Shown here in pieces: positions 44,012 to 56,363 of a DNA stretch of 64,000 nt; positions within the stretch are counted from its first letter, which is position 1; every line of letters begins with the position of its first letter. Below the pieces are notes generated by a model, which saw only the letters and a program-made list of their open reading frames with translations, had not been told where the DNA came from and did no database searches. The stretch is taken from positions 128,001 through 192,000 of the forward strand of contig CAVVEU010000013.1 in NCBI GenBank assembly GCA_963747235.1. The letters run 5' to 3'. Origin of the DNA: an uncultured Candidatus Rokubacteria bacterium. Lineage in GTDB: Bacteria > Methylomirabilota > Methylomirabilia > Rokubacteriales > CSP1-6. A program made the translations under genes and the position numbers.

Positions 44012-44842
44012 ATGGCGACAACCTCGCAAGGCAGGGCGCTGATAACGGGGGCATCCTCCGGAATCGGCGCGACCTATGCCGATCGGCTGGCCCGGCGCGG
44101 GCACGATCTGATCCTCGTCGCCCGCAATCGGGAGCGGCTCGCCGCGCTGGCGACGCGCCTCGCCGATGACTTCGGTCGCTCGGTCGAGGTCGTCGTCGCC
44201 GACCTGAACGACCGGGCGGATCTCGCCCGGGTGGAGCACGTGCTACGCACCGACGCCGCCATCACCGTTCTCGTCAACAACGCGGGCGTCGCCATGAGCG
44301 GCGACCTGGCCACCGCCGATCCCGGTGAGCTCGAGCGCATGATCCAGCTCAATATCCTGGCGCCGTCCCTGCTGGCGCGGGCGGCGATTCCCGGATTTCT
44401 CGCGCGGAACCGGGGGACCCTGATCAATATCAGCTCGGTCCTGGCCCTCGCGCCGGAGATGTTCAATGGCAGCTACAGCGGCACCAAGGCCTATCTGCTC
44501 AATCTGAGCTTGAGGTTGCAGCAGGAGGTCGGCGGCAAAAAAGGCGTCCGCGTGCAGGTGGTGCTGCCGGGAGCGACCCGGACCGCGATCTGGGAGAAGG
44601 CCGGCACGGCCATCGCGGCCCTGCCGCCGAGCATCCTGATGGGCGTGGACGACATGGTGGATGCGGCGCTCGTCGGACTAGACCGCGGTGAGCGCGTGAC
44701 CATTCCTTCCCTTCCGGACATGGCCGACTGGGAGGCATACGAGGCGGCGCGGCAGAAGATGCTACCGAACCTGTCGCGCAGCGTTCCGGCCGTGCGCTAT
44801 GGCGCCGCCCCGCCGGGGACCCCTGCGCGTGGAGGGAGCTGA
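44012..44842 (+). CDS. SDR family oxidoreductase
   Basis: TGASSGIG, NNAG, YSGTK. Confidence 0.92.
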   Translation: MATTSQGRALITGASSGIGATYADRLARRGHDLILVARNRERLAALATRLADDFGRSVEVVVADLNDRADLARVEHVLRTDAAITVLVNNAGVAMSGDLATADPGELERMIQLNILAPSLLARAAIPGFLARNRGTLINISSVLALAPEMFNGSYSGTKAYLLNLSLRLQQEVGGKKGVRVQVVLPGATRTAIWEKAGTAIAALPPSILMGVDDMVDAALVGLDRGERVTIPSLPDMADWEAYEAARQKMLPNLSRSVPAVRYGAAPPGTPARGGS

Positions 44843-44903
44843 TGAAGTCCGACCGAAGAGATCTACCAGAGATGGCCGTCCACGGCGTATCCATCCGGCC
44901 ACG

Positions 44904-44932
44904 TTGACCGGCCCCCGGCCTCCCGCTATCGT
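44904..44932 (+). promoter_or_regulatory. Sigma70 promoter TTGACC-N17-TATCGT, leaderless start of the Uma2 gene
   Basis: The -10 box ends 6 nt before ATG 44939; no SD. Confidence 0.65.
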
Positions 44933-44938
44933 GGACCC

Positions 44939-45511
44939 ATGCAGGTCCCGCTCACTCCGAGGCGCTGGCGGCGGGCGGAATACGACCGGCTCGTGAGTTT
45001 CGGGGCGTTCCAGGGCGAGCCTCTCGAGCTGATCGGTGGGCAGCTCATCGTCGCCGAGCCTCAGGGCTCGTATCACGCCTCCGCGATCACCCGGGTCGAC
45101 TACGCGCTGCGGGCCATCCTGCCTCCGGGGTGGATCGTGCGCCTCCAGGCGCCCGTGTCGCTTGACGACGAATCGGAGCCCGAGCCTGATGTGGCCGTTG
45201 TGCCGGGATGGCCCGGGGACTATGGCGACGCCCATCCCACGCACCCGGCGCTGCTGGTCGAGGTGGCGGAATCCAGCCTCGAGCTCGATCGTGTCCGCAA
45301 GGGCAGCCTCTACGCGCGCGCCGGCGTGGCCGACTACTGGATCGTGAACCTCGTCGAGGGCGTCGTGGAGGTATACCGGGACCCGGTGCCGGCCGCTTCG
45401 GCCGCCTTCGGTTATCGGTATCGCACGGTCACGCGGCTGGCGGCCCCGGCCGATCTCATCCCGCTCGCGTTCAGCGGCGGGCCCATCCCGGTGGCCGACC
45501 TCCTGCCGTAG
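44939..45511 (+). CDS. Uma2 (DUF820) PD-(D/E)XK endonuclease family
   Basis: ELIGG, EPEPDVAV, LVEVAESS, KGSLYARAGVADYWIVNL. Confidence 0.9.
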   Translation: MQVPLTPRRWRRAEYDRLVSFGAFQGEPLELIGGQLIVAEPQGSYHASAITRVDYALRAILPPGWIVRLQAPVSLDDESEPEPDVAVVPGWPGDYGDAHPTHPALLVEVAESSLELDRVRKGSLYARAGVADYWIVNLVEGVVEVYRDPVPAASAAFGYRYRTVTRLAAPADLIPLAFSGGPIPVADLLP

Positions 45512-45537
45512 CGATCGCGGAGCCGGCCCGCGGGCGG

Positions 45538-45565
45538 TGATAAGATCCCGCCCAGGGAGGCCTGG
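45538..45565 (+). promoter_or_regulatory. Extended -10 (TGaTAAGAT) and SD GGGAGG for the selenoprotein gene
   Basis: TAAGAT 45541-45546; SD 45555-45560 lies inside the CCAGG-gagg-CCTGG hairpin. Confidence 0.5.
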
Positions 45566-45567
45566 CC

Positions 45568-46667
45568 ATGGTGACGCTGCTGACGGAGTCGGGTGAGCAC
45601 GAGGTGACGGGAGCGGAGCCCTCGACCGGGGCGCTCTGGGTTTCCGCGAAGGACGCGCTCCGGGCCACCGGCTGGGAGGCGAAGCCCGAGGGCCTCTGCA
45701 AGGGCGAGATCTGCGTGCCGCTGCCCGCGGGACGCGACCGTGAGTTCGTGGCTGATGGGCGGATCAACCTGGCCACGCTCTGGCGCCATCTCGGCCAGCC
45801 GGCGGTGCGGAGCGAGCGCGGCCACGCCTGGGTGCTGAGCGAGAGCGCGCGGGAGCGGAAAGCGGCCCTGGCCTCGCTCGAGGCGCCCGACTTCGCGCTG
45901 CCCGACCCATCGGGGCGCATGCACCGGCTCTCCGACTACCGCGGCAAGAAGGTCTTCCTCGTCACCTGGGCCTCCTGGTGAGGCTGCCGTCGCGACCTGC
46001 CCGGGTGGCAGGCGCTCCAGGAGGAGCTGGCGGGCCACAACTTCATGGTGATCGCGGTGGCGATGGATAGCCGCGAGGGCGATCCACTGCCGTGGATCGA
46101 CGCGGCGAAGCCGACCTATCCCACGCTGATCGACCGCGAGCACCGGCTGGCCGAGCTCTACGGCATCGTGAACGTGCCGCAGGCGGTGTGGATCGACGAG
46201 GCCGGGCGCATCGTGCGACCGGCCGAGCCCGCCGGCGCCTACGAAGGCTTCCGCCAGATGAACCGCGCCACCCGCGAGATGCCGGAGGAGGTGGCGCGGC
46301 GCACCGCGCAGGCGAAGGCCCTCTACCTGGACGCGATCCGCGACTGGGCGCGAACGGCGAGCGCAGCGCGTACGCGTTCACCCCCGAGCAGGCGCGCGCG
46401 CATCTGCCCGCGGTGACCGAGGACGCGGCGACCGCGCAGGCCCTGTTCCGGCTCGCCCAGTTCCTGATTCGGCACGGCGAGCAAGCGGAGGCGGAGCGCT
46501 GGATCCGCGAAGCCAGCCGGCTCCATCCCGACTCCTGGTGCATCTGGCGCCAGGGCGCCGGCGTGACCGAGCTGGGCCTGGCCGCCCAGCCGGACTTCTG
46601 GCAGCGCGTGGACGGGCTCGGCGCCAAGCGCTACTACGCGCCGGTGGACATGCCGGGCATGCCGTAG
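45568..46667 (+). CDS. Selenocysteine-containing TlpA/ResA-like redoxin (WASW-U-GC) with N-terminal domain and C-terminal helical TPR-like region; one frameshift near 46350
   Basis: Track ORFs 45568-45981 and 46045-46416 are in the same frame; read-through gives APDFALPD...RGKKVFLVTWASW*GCRRDLPGWQALQEEL...VIAVAMD...YGIVNVPQAVWIDEAG; the TGA is codon 138, at the redox-Cys position. Confidence 0.85.
45992..46015 (+). promoter_or_regulatory. Candidate bacterial SECIS hairpin
   Basis: GCG(A)CCTGCC-cgggt-GGCAGG-CGC; the G-containing apical loop begins 21 nt after the UGA. Confidence 0.65.
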
Positions 46668-46674
46668 CGTCGCC

Positions 46675-47733
46675 GTGAAGAGCCCGCTGTTCGGCCTCAA
46701 CCGCTTCGACTCACGCTCGGTGGACGCGTTCGCGGCCGACGTGCGTCGCGCCGAGCAGCTCGGCTGGGACGCGGCGCTCCAGCCCGACTCCCAGCTTCGC
46801 CGCCGCGACACCTACGTGCTGCTCGCCGCGGCCGCGCGGGCCACCGAGCGCATCACGCTGGGCCCGCTGCTCGCCAATCCGGTGAACCGGCATCCGACCG
46901 TGACCGCGTCCTCCATCGCGACGATCGACGAGCTGGCGCCCGGCCGCGTGCTGCTGGGCTGGGGTGTGGGCGACACCGCGGTGCGCCTGGCCGGGCTCAA
47001 GCCGGCGCGGGTGGCCGAGCTGGAGGCGGGCACGCGGCTCATGCGCGCGCTGCTCGCGGGCGAATCCGTCGAGGTCGGCGCGGCGCGCCCGGCGCGGCTG
47101 CCGCATCATCGGCCGGTGCCGGTGTGGATCGCGGCGGGCGGGCCGAAGACCCTGCGGATGGCGGGCGGGGTCGCCGACGGCGTCTTCATCCGGGTCGGGC
47201 ACGCATCCGGCCAACATCGCGACCGCGGTCGAGCGCGATCCGCGCCGGCGCCGCGGCGGCGGGCCGCGATCCGGCGTCCGTGAAGCTCGGCGCCATCTTC
47301 CACACCGTGCTGGTGGACGAGCCGGCCCGCGCGCTGACCATGGCGCGGTCCATGGCGGCCGGCTACTACGAGTACTCGCCCGCCCTCTTCGATCCGCCCG
47401 CGCTCACGTGGACCGGGCCCGATCCCGAGCGGCTCAAGCACGATCGCGGCGTGTGGCCCGATTTCCACCACGCGCCCGATCTCGAGGCCAGCGGCAAGGT
47501 CGTGGACTTCCTCCCGACCGCCGCCGCCGACGCCTTCAGCCTGCGCGGCGGGACCGGCGAAGTGGCCGAGCGCCTGCTCGCCGCGCTGCGCGCCGCGCCC
47601 GCCACCTTCGACCACGTCGTGCTGCACCCGATCCCGGACCCGAAGTGGCCCGCGGACCCGGAGCAGCGACTACACGGCCCGCATCGCCCGCGAGGTCCTG
47701 CCCCGCGTCCGCAAGGAGCTGGAGACGCGCTAG
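46675..47733 (+). CDS. LLM-class flavin/F420-dependent oxidoreductase (Mer-like; frameshifts)
   Basis: PDSQ, NPVNRHPTVTASSIATIDE, GVGD, AAGGPKTLRMAG, ADG. Confidence 0.85.
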
Positions 47734-48590
47734 CCCAGCTGCTTGTGGACGAACTCGATGATCCGCGAGATCGTCCGCCGCGCCGCCTCGGGCTTCTTGC
47801 TGATGTAGCCCTCGGCCTCGCCCTCGATCAGCTCGAGATCCACCTGGCCGCCGATCTTCCGGTACTGCGCCACGAAGCGGTCCAGATCGGGGCGCGGGTG
47901 CGCCATGTCGCGCGAGCCCTGGATGTAGACCACCGGCGGCGTCTCGACGGCCTCACCGCGCTCCAGCGCGAGCGTCGGGTTGCCCTCGGCCATGGCCTCC
48001 TCGGTGCGCCAGTACGCGTCGTGGCCCGGCAGCACGCGATCCACCACGTCCGGATACGGAGCGCCGCCGGCCTTGAGCGCCTTGGCGTAGCGGTAGCGCG
48101 AGAGCGGATCGATGACCGGCCAGCAGAGCACCGCGCAGCGGACGCTGCCGTCGATGGCGGGAGAGCCGGCGGGCAGGGGCAGGGCCGCGTACTTGGGATC
48201 GCGCGGCTTCATGGCCAGCAGCATGGCCTGGTGCGCGCCGCTCGAGGCGCCCATGAGCCCGACCTGGTCCGCGTTCCCGTGGAACTCCGCCGCGTGGCTC
48301 TTGAGCCAGCGGACCGCGTAGCTGATGTCCACCAGCGAGGCGGGATAGGAGGCCTCCGGCGGCTGGCGGAAGTCGAGCGCGGCCACGACCACGCCGCTCC
48401 GGGCCAGCGGCTCGTTCAGGATCGTGTCGTTCGTCCGATCGCCGCGGCTCCAGGCCCCGCCGTGCATCTCGACGATCATGGGGAAGGGGCCGTCTCCCCG
48501 GGGCACGAACATCCGGGCCAGAAGGGGCTGGTCCCCGTGCCGGAGGTACTCCACGTCCCGGACGTCGATCTCGTATCCCATGGTCGCCAT
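47730..48590 (-). CDS. Alpha/beta hydrolase (paralog of 3029-3934)
   Basis: HGGAW, GASSGA, PVIDPLSRY; SD AAGGAG. Confidence 0.83.
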   Translation of the reverse strand: MATMGYEIDVRDVEYLRHGDQPLLARMFVPRGDGPFPMIVEMHGGAWSRGDRTNDTILNEPLARSGVVVAALDFRQPPEASYPASLVDISYAVRWLKSHAAEFHGNADQVGLMGASSGAHQAMLLAMKPRDPKYAALPLPAGSPAIDGSVRCAVLCWPVIDPLSRYRYAKALKAGGAPYPDVVDRVLPGHDAYWRTEEAMAEGNPTLALERGEAVETPPVVYIQGSRDMAHPRPDLDRFVAQYRKIGGQVDLELIEGEAEGYISKKPEAARRTISRIIEFVHKQLG

Positions 48591-48695
48591 GGCAGCACTC
48601 CTTTGTGAGGGAGGGTCGGTGTCGGCGCGTATGATACACCCGGCCGGGGCGGTGCGGGGTTGCCAGCCGGGGCCGCGCGCCCCATACTTTTCGCG

Positions 48696-50550
<1,855 letters not shown>

Positions 50551-50561
<11 letters not shown>

Positions 50562-52367
50562 TCGCGGCGGTCGTCACCACCGGCTCGAGCCCGTACACGG
50601 TCTGCAGGTGCTCGCGGGTCTCGACCAGGGTCGTCGCCACGTAGCTCGCGCCCGCGGCCTCGAGATGGCGCCGCGCGGTGCCATCCTCTTCGCGTAACCC
50701 CCAGCGCCCCACGATGATCCGGAGCTCGGGAAAGCGCGCCCGGAGCCGCTTGCTCAGGTAGCGCGTGCGGGCCGCGAGGCCGCTCGCGGGGAGCGCGCCC
50801 AGGCAGATCACGGCCGGTTGCGTGCTCTCCACGAGCGCGATGACCTCCGAGGCCAGGAGCTGGGGCGAGGTCAGCTCGATCGTCCAGCACGCGGGGTCGA
50901 TGAGATGTCCCAGCATGATCAGCCCCAGCTCGTCTGCCTCGTCGCGCACCGGACTGGCGAGCATGTGAACCTGTCGGGCTCGGGCGCGCGGTCTCGGGCG
51001 GCCCCGCCCCGCCCTCGACATCCGCGGCGAGCTTCGCGGCGTGCCGCCGGGCGTGCAGGCCCAGGACGATCTCCCGGGTGGCGCTCCAGACGTAGCGCTC
51101 TTCCGCCTCCGGGAGCTGCTCGTTCCGCCGATCGCGCCGCGCGCGGCCGAGCGCGGGCAGGATGAGGTCGTCGTACACCGCCTCGAGGGGATGGTCCTTC
51201 GAGTACTCCTCGACGATGCGCGCGGCCTCGTCCGTGTCCTCGGCGAGCAGACGCTGGTAGTAGGCGATGTGCGGGGCGATGGGCGGCGCCTCGGCCACCA
51301 GGATGCCGACGAACTCCATGCCGGGTACGTGCTTGGCGAAGACGATCAGGCACACCGTGAGCGGGACAGCGAGGAGCAGCCCCACCGGGCCCCAGAGCCA
51401 GGCCCAGAAGGCGACCGAGCAGAGCAGCGCGACCTGGGAGATCTTCGTGCTCTGCACGTAGAGCAGGGGCTCCAGGAGCAAGGTGCAGAGCGCCTCGAGG
51501 AGCACGAAGACGCCGACCACGAAGAGCGGCTGGTGCCAGGTCGGGAAGGCGGCCAGCGCGAAGACGATCATGAGCAGCGCGGCCAGCCAGACGCCCACGT
51601 AGGGAATGAAGCGGAGCACCGCGGCCAGAAAACCCCAGAGCAGCGCGTAGGGGACTCCGAGCAGCAGGAAGCCGATCGCGATGCCGAGGCCGAAGCTCGC
51701 GTTGATGATCGACTGCATGAGGAGGTAACGGCTGATGCGATGCCCTGCCTCGTCGAGCGCGTGCGTCGTCGTGGCGAGCCGCCGGTACCCGACGAGCCGG
51801 ATCAGGCGATCCCGTAGCTCGGTCTGCTCGATCAGCATGAAGATGACGAGGACGATGACCGTGAACGCGCTGCCCATCCCCTCGATCAGGGTGGGAAGCT
51901 GCCAGAGACCGCTCGGCTCGGCGCGCACCACCACCGGGGCCGGCGCTCCACGGGCCGGGGCCGGGGCGGTGATGTCCTTCTGGAGCTCCTTGGTGACCTC
52001 GGTCACGGCCTTCTGCGCCTTCTCGAGCGCACCGCCGCGACCCATGCTCCGGACGTGCGCGATCTTGGCAATGAGGTTGTCGCGATAGCCCGGAATTCCG
52101 GTCGAGAGGAGGCCCAGCTCCACGGCGAGCACCCAAGCCGCCCCACCCAGCGTGGCGAAGAGCATCGTGACGACGATACCCACGGAGAGGGCGACGACCC
52201 AGCCCGAGGCGTGCGAGTCGCGCGACCACCGGGTGGACAAGGAACGTCAGCAGGATCGCCAGCGCGATCGGGATCAATACCCCGCGCGCGAGGTAGAGCG
52301 CGGCGATGGCCGCGATCAGGCCGGCCAACACCGCGATCGGTTTGACGGAGCGCGCCGGATCCGGCAC
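50551..52367 (-). CDS. AI-2E family transporter with C-terminal soluble domains (frameshifts)
   Basis: IPIALAILLTFL, LRDRLIRL, RFIPYVG, WLWGPVGLLLAVPLTVC, YYQRLLA. Confidence 0.85.
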
Positions 52368-52382
52368 GAGAACTGAGAATAC

Positions 52383-52397
52383 GCAAGCGTGATGCCA
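52383..52397 (-). promoter_or_regulatory. Sigma54 (-24/-12) promoter TGGCATCACGCTTGC
   Basis: Exact GG-N10-GC with TGGCA and TTGC, 15 nt upstream of the AI-2E start. Confidence 0.65.
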
Positions 52398-52500
52398 CGG
52401 TCCGCACGAGACAACTGCCCAGAAACCTTAGAGGACCGTTCTACGCTCGGTAGTTTGTTCGCGGTAAATCGGACGCGGCTCGGGCGCCCGGGCCGAGCCT

Positions 52501-53556
52501 CTACGCGTGATGGTGGTGGTGCCCGTGCTGGTAGTGCGCGCGGAGGAGGTCGAGCCCGAAGTCGCGCCGGGGATCGTGCCAGACCGAGTGGATGTGGTTG
52601 GCGTTGTTCTGCGTGTTGTCGTACTCGATGAGCAGGGTCGGGCCGTGAAGGCGATAGTAGTGCGCGCGGCCCGCGTCGAGCGGCCCGGCCCAGGCGAAGT
52701 GCACGCGCTCGAGCCCGGCCTCGCGCATGCGCCGCAGCTCCTGCTCGGCCAGCTCGCTGCGCATGTTGCGCGCGTACTCCTCGACGAGCTTGGCGGCGAG
52801 GCTCCGCTGATCGCCCGTCATGTCCGCCAGCGGCAGGCCCGCCGGCGTGGCGAGGCTGTCGGCGCGGCCCGGGCCGGTGACGATGTCGCCGAGCGACTCC
52901 GCCGCGATGACGGTGCGGGCGCGCTGCGCCTCGCTCATGCTCTGGGCGAGCGCGCGGCCCAGATCCTGCTCGGCCGCGAGCGCGCGCTGGCCCTTCTTCG
53001 GCCCCGACGGCACCTCGGCGGGGTTCGCGCCCAGGAAGGCCGGAGTCATCGCCACCGGCTGGCCGGGCACCAGCGTGAAGTTGAGCGAAAGATGATGGCC
53101 CTCGACGCGCCAGCCCCAGGGCGCAGTCGCGCCCGGGTTGCCGAAGACGGTGAAGGCGTAGTTCTCAGGATCGCGCGAGAGGCCGAAGGTCTCGATCTGA
53201 CGAAGCACCGTTTCCAGTTGAATGACGTTGACGGCCTTCGTGTAGCCGACCGCGCTCAGGCTGGCCTTCATCAGCTCGTGGGCCGCGGTGCGGGCGGGCG
53301 CGGGCATCGTCTTGAAGGCCACGCCCTCGCGGCCGCGCGGCACGTAGTGCCAGTTGAGCCGCTCGCGGTCGCCGATGGGGAAGACGGCGCGCTTCCGCGC
53401 CTCCGCGGGGAGCGCGCCCAGGAACGCCAGCGCGGCGCCCGCCATGGCCGCCCGCGCCGCGTCGCTCGACTGGGCGAGCGACGGGCGGGGCAGCGCGCCG
53501 GCGGCCGCGCTCGCCGCCAGCCCGTGGAGCAGCCGGCGGCGGGTCAGGCGGGGCAT
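52501..53556 (-). CDS. DUF3500 family protein, Tat signal, His-rich C-terminus
   Basis: TRRRLL, WHYVP, WGWRVEGHHLSLN, FAWAG, YYRLHGP, NHIHSVW, HYQHGHHHHHA. Confidence 0.85.
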   Translation of the reverse strand: MPRLTRRRLLHGLAASAAAGALPRPSLAQSSDAARAAMAGAALAFLGALPAEARKRAVFPIGDRERLNWHYVPRGREGVAFKTMPAPARTAAHELMKASLSAVGYTKAVNVIQLETVLRQIETFGLSRDPENYAFTVFGNPGATAPWGWRVEGHHLSLNFTLVPGQPVAMTPAFLGANPAEVPSGPKKGQRALAAEQDLGRALAQSMSEAQRARTVIAAESLGDIVTGPGRADSLATPAGLPLADMTGDQRSLAAKLVEEYARNMRSELAEQELRRMREAGLERVHFAWAGPLDAGRAHYYRLHGPTLLIEYDNTQNNANHIHSVWHDPRRDFGLDLLRAHYQHGHHHHHA

Positions 53557-53560
53557 GCGA

Positions 53561-54219
53561 TCAGGAATACTTGACGGTGCATCCGTAGGCGCGCGTGACC
53601 GGCGTCTTCACCGGCTGGCCGGCCGCGACCGCGTCGAGCGCGGCGCGCACGTAGTTGTTCGCGCCCTGCACATCCGCGCGGCGGGACGTCGGCCGGTCGT
53701 CGATGGCCCCGGCGTAGACGAGCAGGCCCGCCTTGTCCACCACGTACATGTGCGGCGTGTTGGTCGCGCCGTACAGCTTGCCGGCCGCGCCCTTGGTGTC
53801 GAGCAGGACCGCGGTCGGCGCCGCCTTGCGGGACGTCGTCAGCTCGTCGGCCTGCGGCGGCGTCACGTAGCCCTGCGTGCCCTCGCACCGAGGAGATCAC
53901 GGTGAGCCACACCACGCCCTGCCCGGTGGCGTCGCGCTGGAGGCCCTGCATGTTGCCGCTGTCGTAGTGCTTCCGCACGTAGGGGCAGTCGTGATTCGTC
54001 CACTCGAGCACCACGACCTTGCCCTTGTACGAGGCGAGGCTCACCGGCGAGCCATTGGTCGCGTTGACCGTGAAGCCGGGAGCGGCCTCGCCGACCTTCG
54101 CGGTGGCGGCCCACGCGGGACGCGGCGAGAACAGGGCGGAGGAGGCGGTGCCCGGCCAGGACGAGGCCGGTGCCGGTGCGGGTGAGGAAGCTGCGGCGGC
54201 CGATCAGCTCTGAGCTCAT
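53561..54219 (-). CDS. Exported redoxin (AhpC/TSA-like, CPYV; 2 frameshifts)
   Basis: RRSFL signal, VVLEWTNHDCPYVRKHY, TPHMYV, YAGAIDD, YGCTVKY. Confidence 0.85.
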
Positions 54220-56352
54220 AGGGTCTCCTTGTCGATGGCTTCGATGATGGTGCCTTCACTCAGGATCTGCGGGAGTACGCACGGGCTCGGGCGCGGCCGT
54301 GCGGCCGGCCCCGCGACGGATAGACGACGTAGAGGGGAACCCCGCTGCGACCGAAGGACCCGAGCACCGAGGCGATCTCCGCGCTGCGGCTGGTCCAGTC
54401 GGCCTTGAGGTACACCACGCCCTTGCGGGCGAAGGCCTCGGCCACCGCGGGCCCACGCAGGGCCACGCGCTCGTTCACGAGACACGTGATGCACCAGGCC
54501 GCGGTGAAGTTCACGAACACGGGCTTGCCCTGCGCGCGCAGCTCGGCGAGCCGGCGCGGCGAGTAGGGCTCCCACGCCGCGCCCACCGGCGCGGCCGTGC
54601 GGTGGACGGTGACGGCGGGCTCGCCGCGGCGAGCGGGGCGAGGGCGATCGCCGCCGCGGCGCTGACGAGGGCGACGCCGGTGGCGGCGCGGCGCCAGCGC
54701 GGGGCGGCGCCGCGGGCGGCGTGATGCAGCCACGCGCCGAACGCGATCAGCAGCAGGCCCACCAGCACGAGGGCCACGCCGTCGGGCCCGGCCTGGCGGC
54801 TCACCACCCAGACCAGCCACGCGACCGAGGCGTAGAGCGGGAACGCGAGCGCCTGCGAGAGCCGCGTCATCCACGGGCCCGGGCGCGGCAGGAGCCGGCG
54901 CCACGCCGGGACCAGGCTCAGCGCGAGGAAGGGCAGGGCCAGGCCGAGGCCCAGCGCCTCGAACACCGCGAGCGCGGCGGCCGGCGGCTGGGTCAGCGCG
55001 TAGCCCACCGCCGCGCCCATGAAGGGCGCCGTGCACGGCGTGGCGGCCACGGTGGCGAGGGCGCCGGTGAAGAAGGAGCCCGTATACCCGGGCCGGGCGG
55101 CGAGCCCGTGGCCCACGCCGGTGAGGCGCCCGCCGATGACCAGGTACCCGGAGAGGCTGAGACCCAGGGCGAAGAGCACATAGGCCAGGGCGGTGACGAC
55201 CAGCGGCGACTGGAGCTGGAAGCCCCAGCCGATCTGGGCGCCGCCCGCGCGCAGGGCGAGGAGCCCGCCTGCCAGCGCCGCGAAGCAGATCAGCACGCCG
55301 GCGGTATAGGCGAGGCCATGCCGGCGCACGGTTCCGGGGGAGTCCTCAGCCTGGCCGACGAGGGCGAGAGCCTTTATGGAAAGGACAGGTAGCACGCACG
55401 GCATGAGGTTCAGGATCAGGCCGCCCGCCAGGGCCAGCCCCATCGCGGCCAGGAGAGACAGCGACGGCCCCGTGGCGCCGTTCGTCGCCACCGCGTTGAT
55501 GGCGAAGGCCTGGCTGACCAGGCCCTGGTCGAGCCTCTCGCGGATCACCAGGACGCCGTCCAGGTCGGAGGCGGGGCCCTCGGGCAGGAGCCCGCGCGCC
55601 GCGCGCAGCGTGATCCCGTCCCGGCCGATGGTCACGTCCTGGACGGCCGCGTGGTCCATCACGCCCCAGCGGCCCGGGAAGAACACGACCTCGGCGATGC
55701 GACTGGGCTCGAGCCCCGGGGCGGCCACCGACACCGTCACCGTCTCGGGCGTCGCGCGCAGCGAGGCGGGCCACGGGCTCGGGCCGGGCACCGCGCGCCG
55801 GGTCTGCTCGATCACGGCGGCCCCGGCGCCCGGGGCGGGCTTGCCCGCGGCCACCGGGAGCGTGAGGGTCACGTCCGCTTCTTCCGGAATGCAGATCTTC
55901 TCGCAGACGAGCCACGCGGCGTGGCCGCGCAGGGTGACCGGTGTGCCCGTGGGCAGCCCGGCGGGCGCGGTCAGGCGCGTGAGGAGCACGACCTCCGTGG
56001 TGTAGCCGAAGCTCATCAGCGGGCCGACCGGCATGCGCTCGGGCTGCGGGAAGACGAGCGGCCCGGCTTCCCAGCCCGCGGGCAGCGCCCAGTCCATGGT
56101 GGGCGGCTCGCCGGAATCGCCCGGGTTGGTCCAGTACGTGTGCCAGCCGGGGGCGATGCGCTGGCGGAGGCCCACCCAGAAGGACGCGCCCGGCTCGATC
56201 GACGCGGTCTCGCTGAGCAGGCTGACCGCGACCCTGGGCGGACCGGGCGGGGCGGGCGTCTTGACCGTCGGCGCGCGCGTCGGCTCGGCGGCGAGGCCGG
56301 AGCCGGCCAGCATCCCAATCAGCAGCGCGGCGGCGAGAACCCGGATCGCCAT
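54216..56352 (-). CDS. dsbD: DsbD-like thiol:disulfide interchange protein (frameshifts near the 3' end)
   Basis: GWHTYW.NPGDSG, CEKICIP, NLMPCVLP, ATPCTAP, WCITC. Confidence 0.85.
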
Positions 56353-56363
56353 CGCGACCGGAC

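Noticed and set aside
44939-45511. Uma2 nuclease as a defence system or mobile element
   Set aside because: Solitary member of a commonly expanded family, with no methylase, repeats or partner gene
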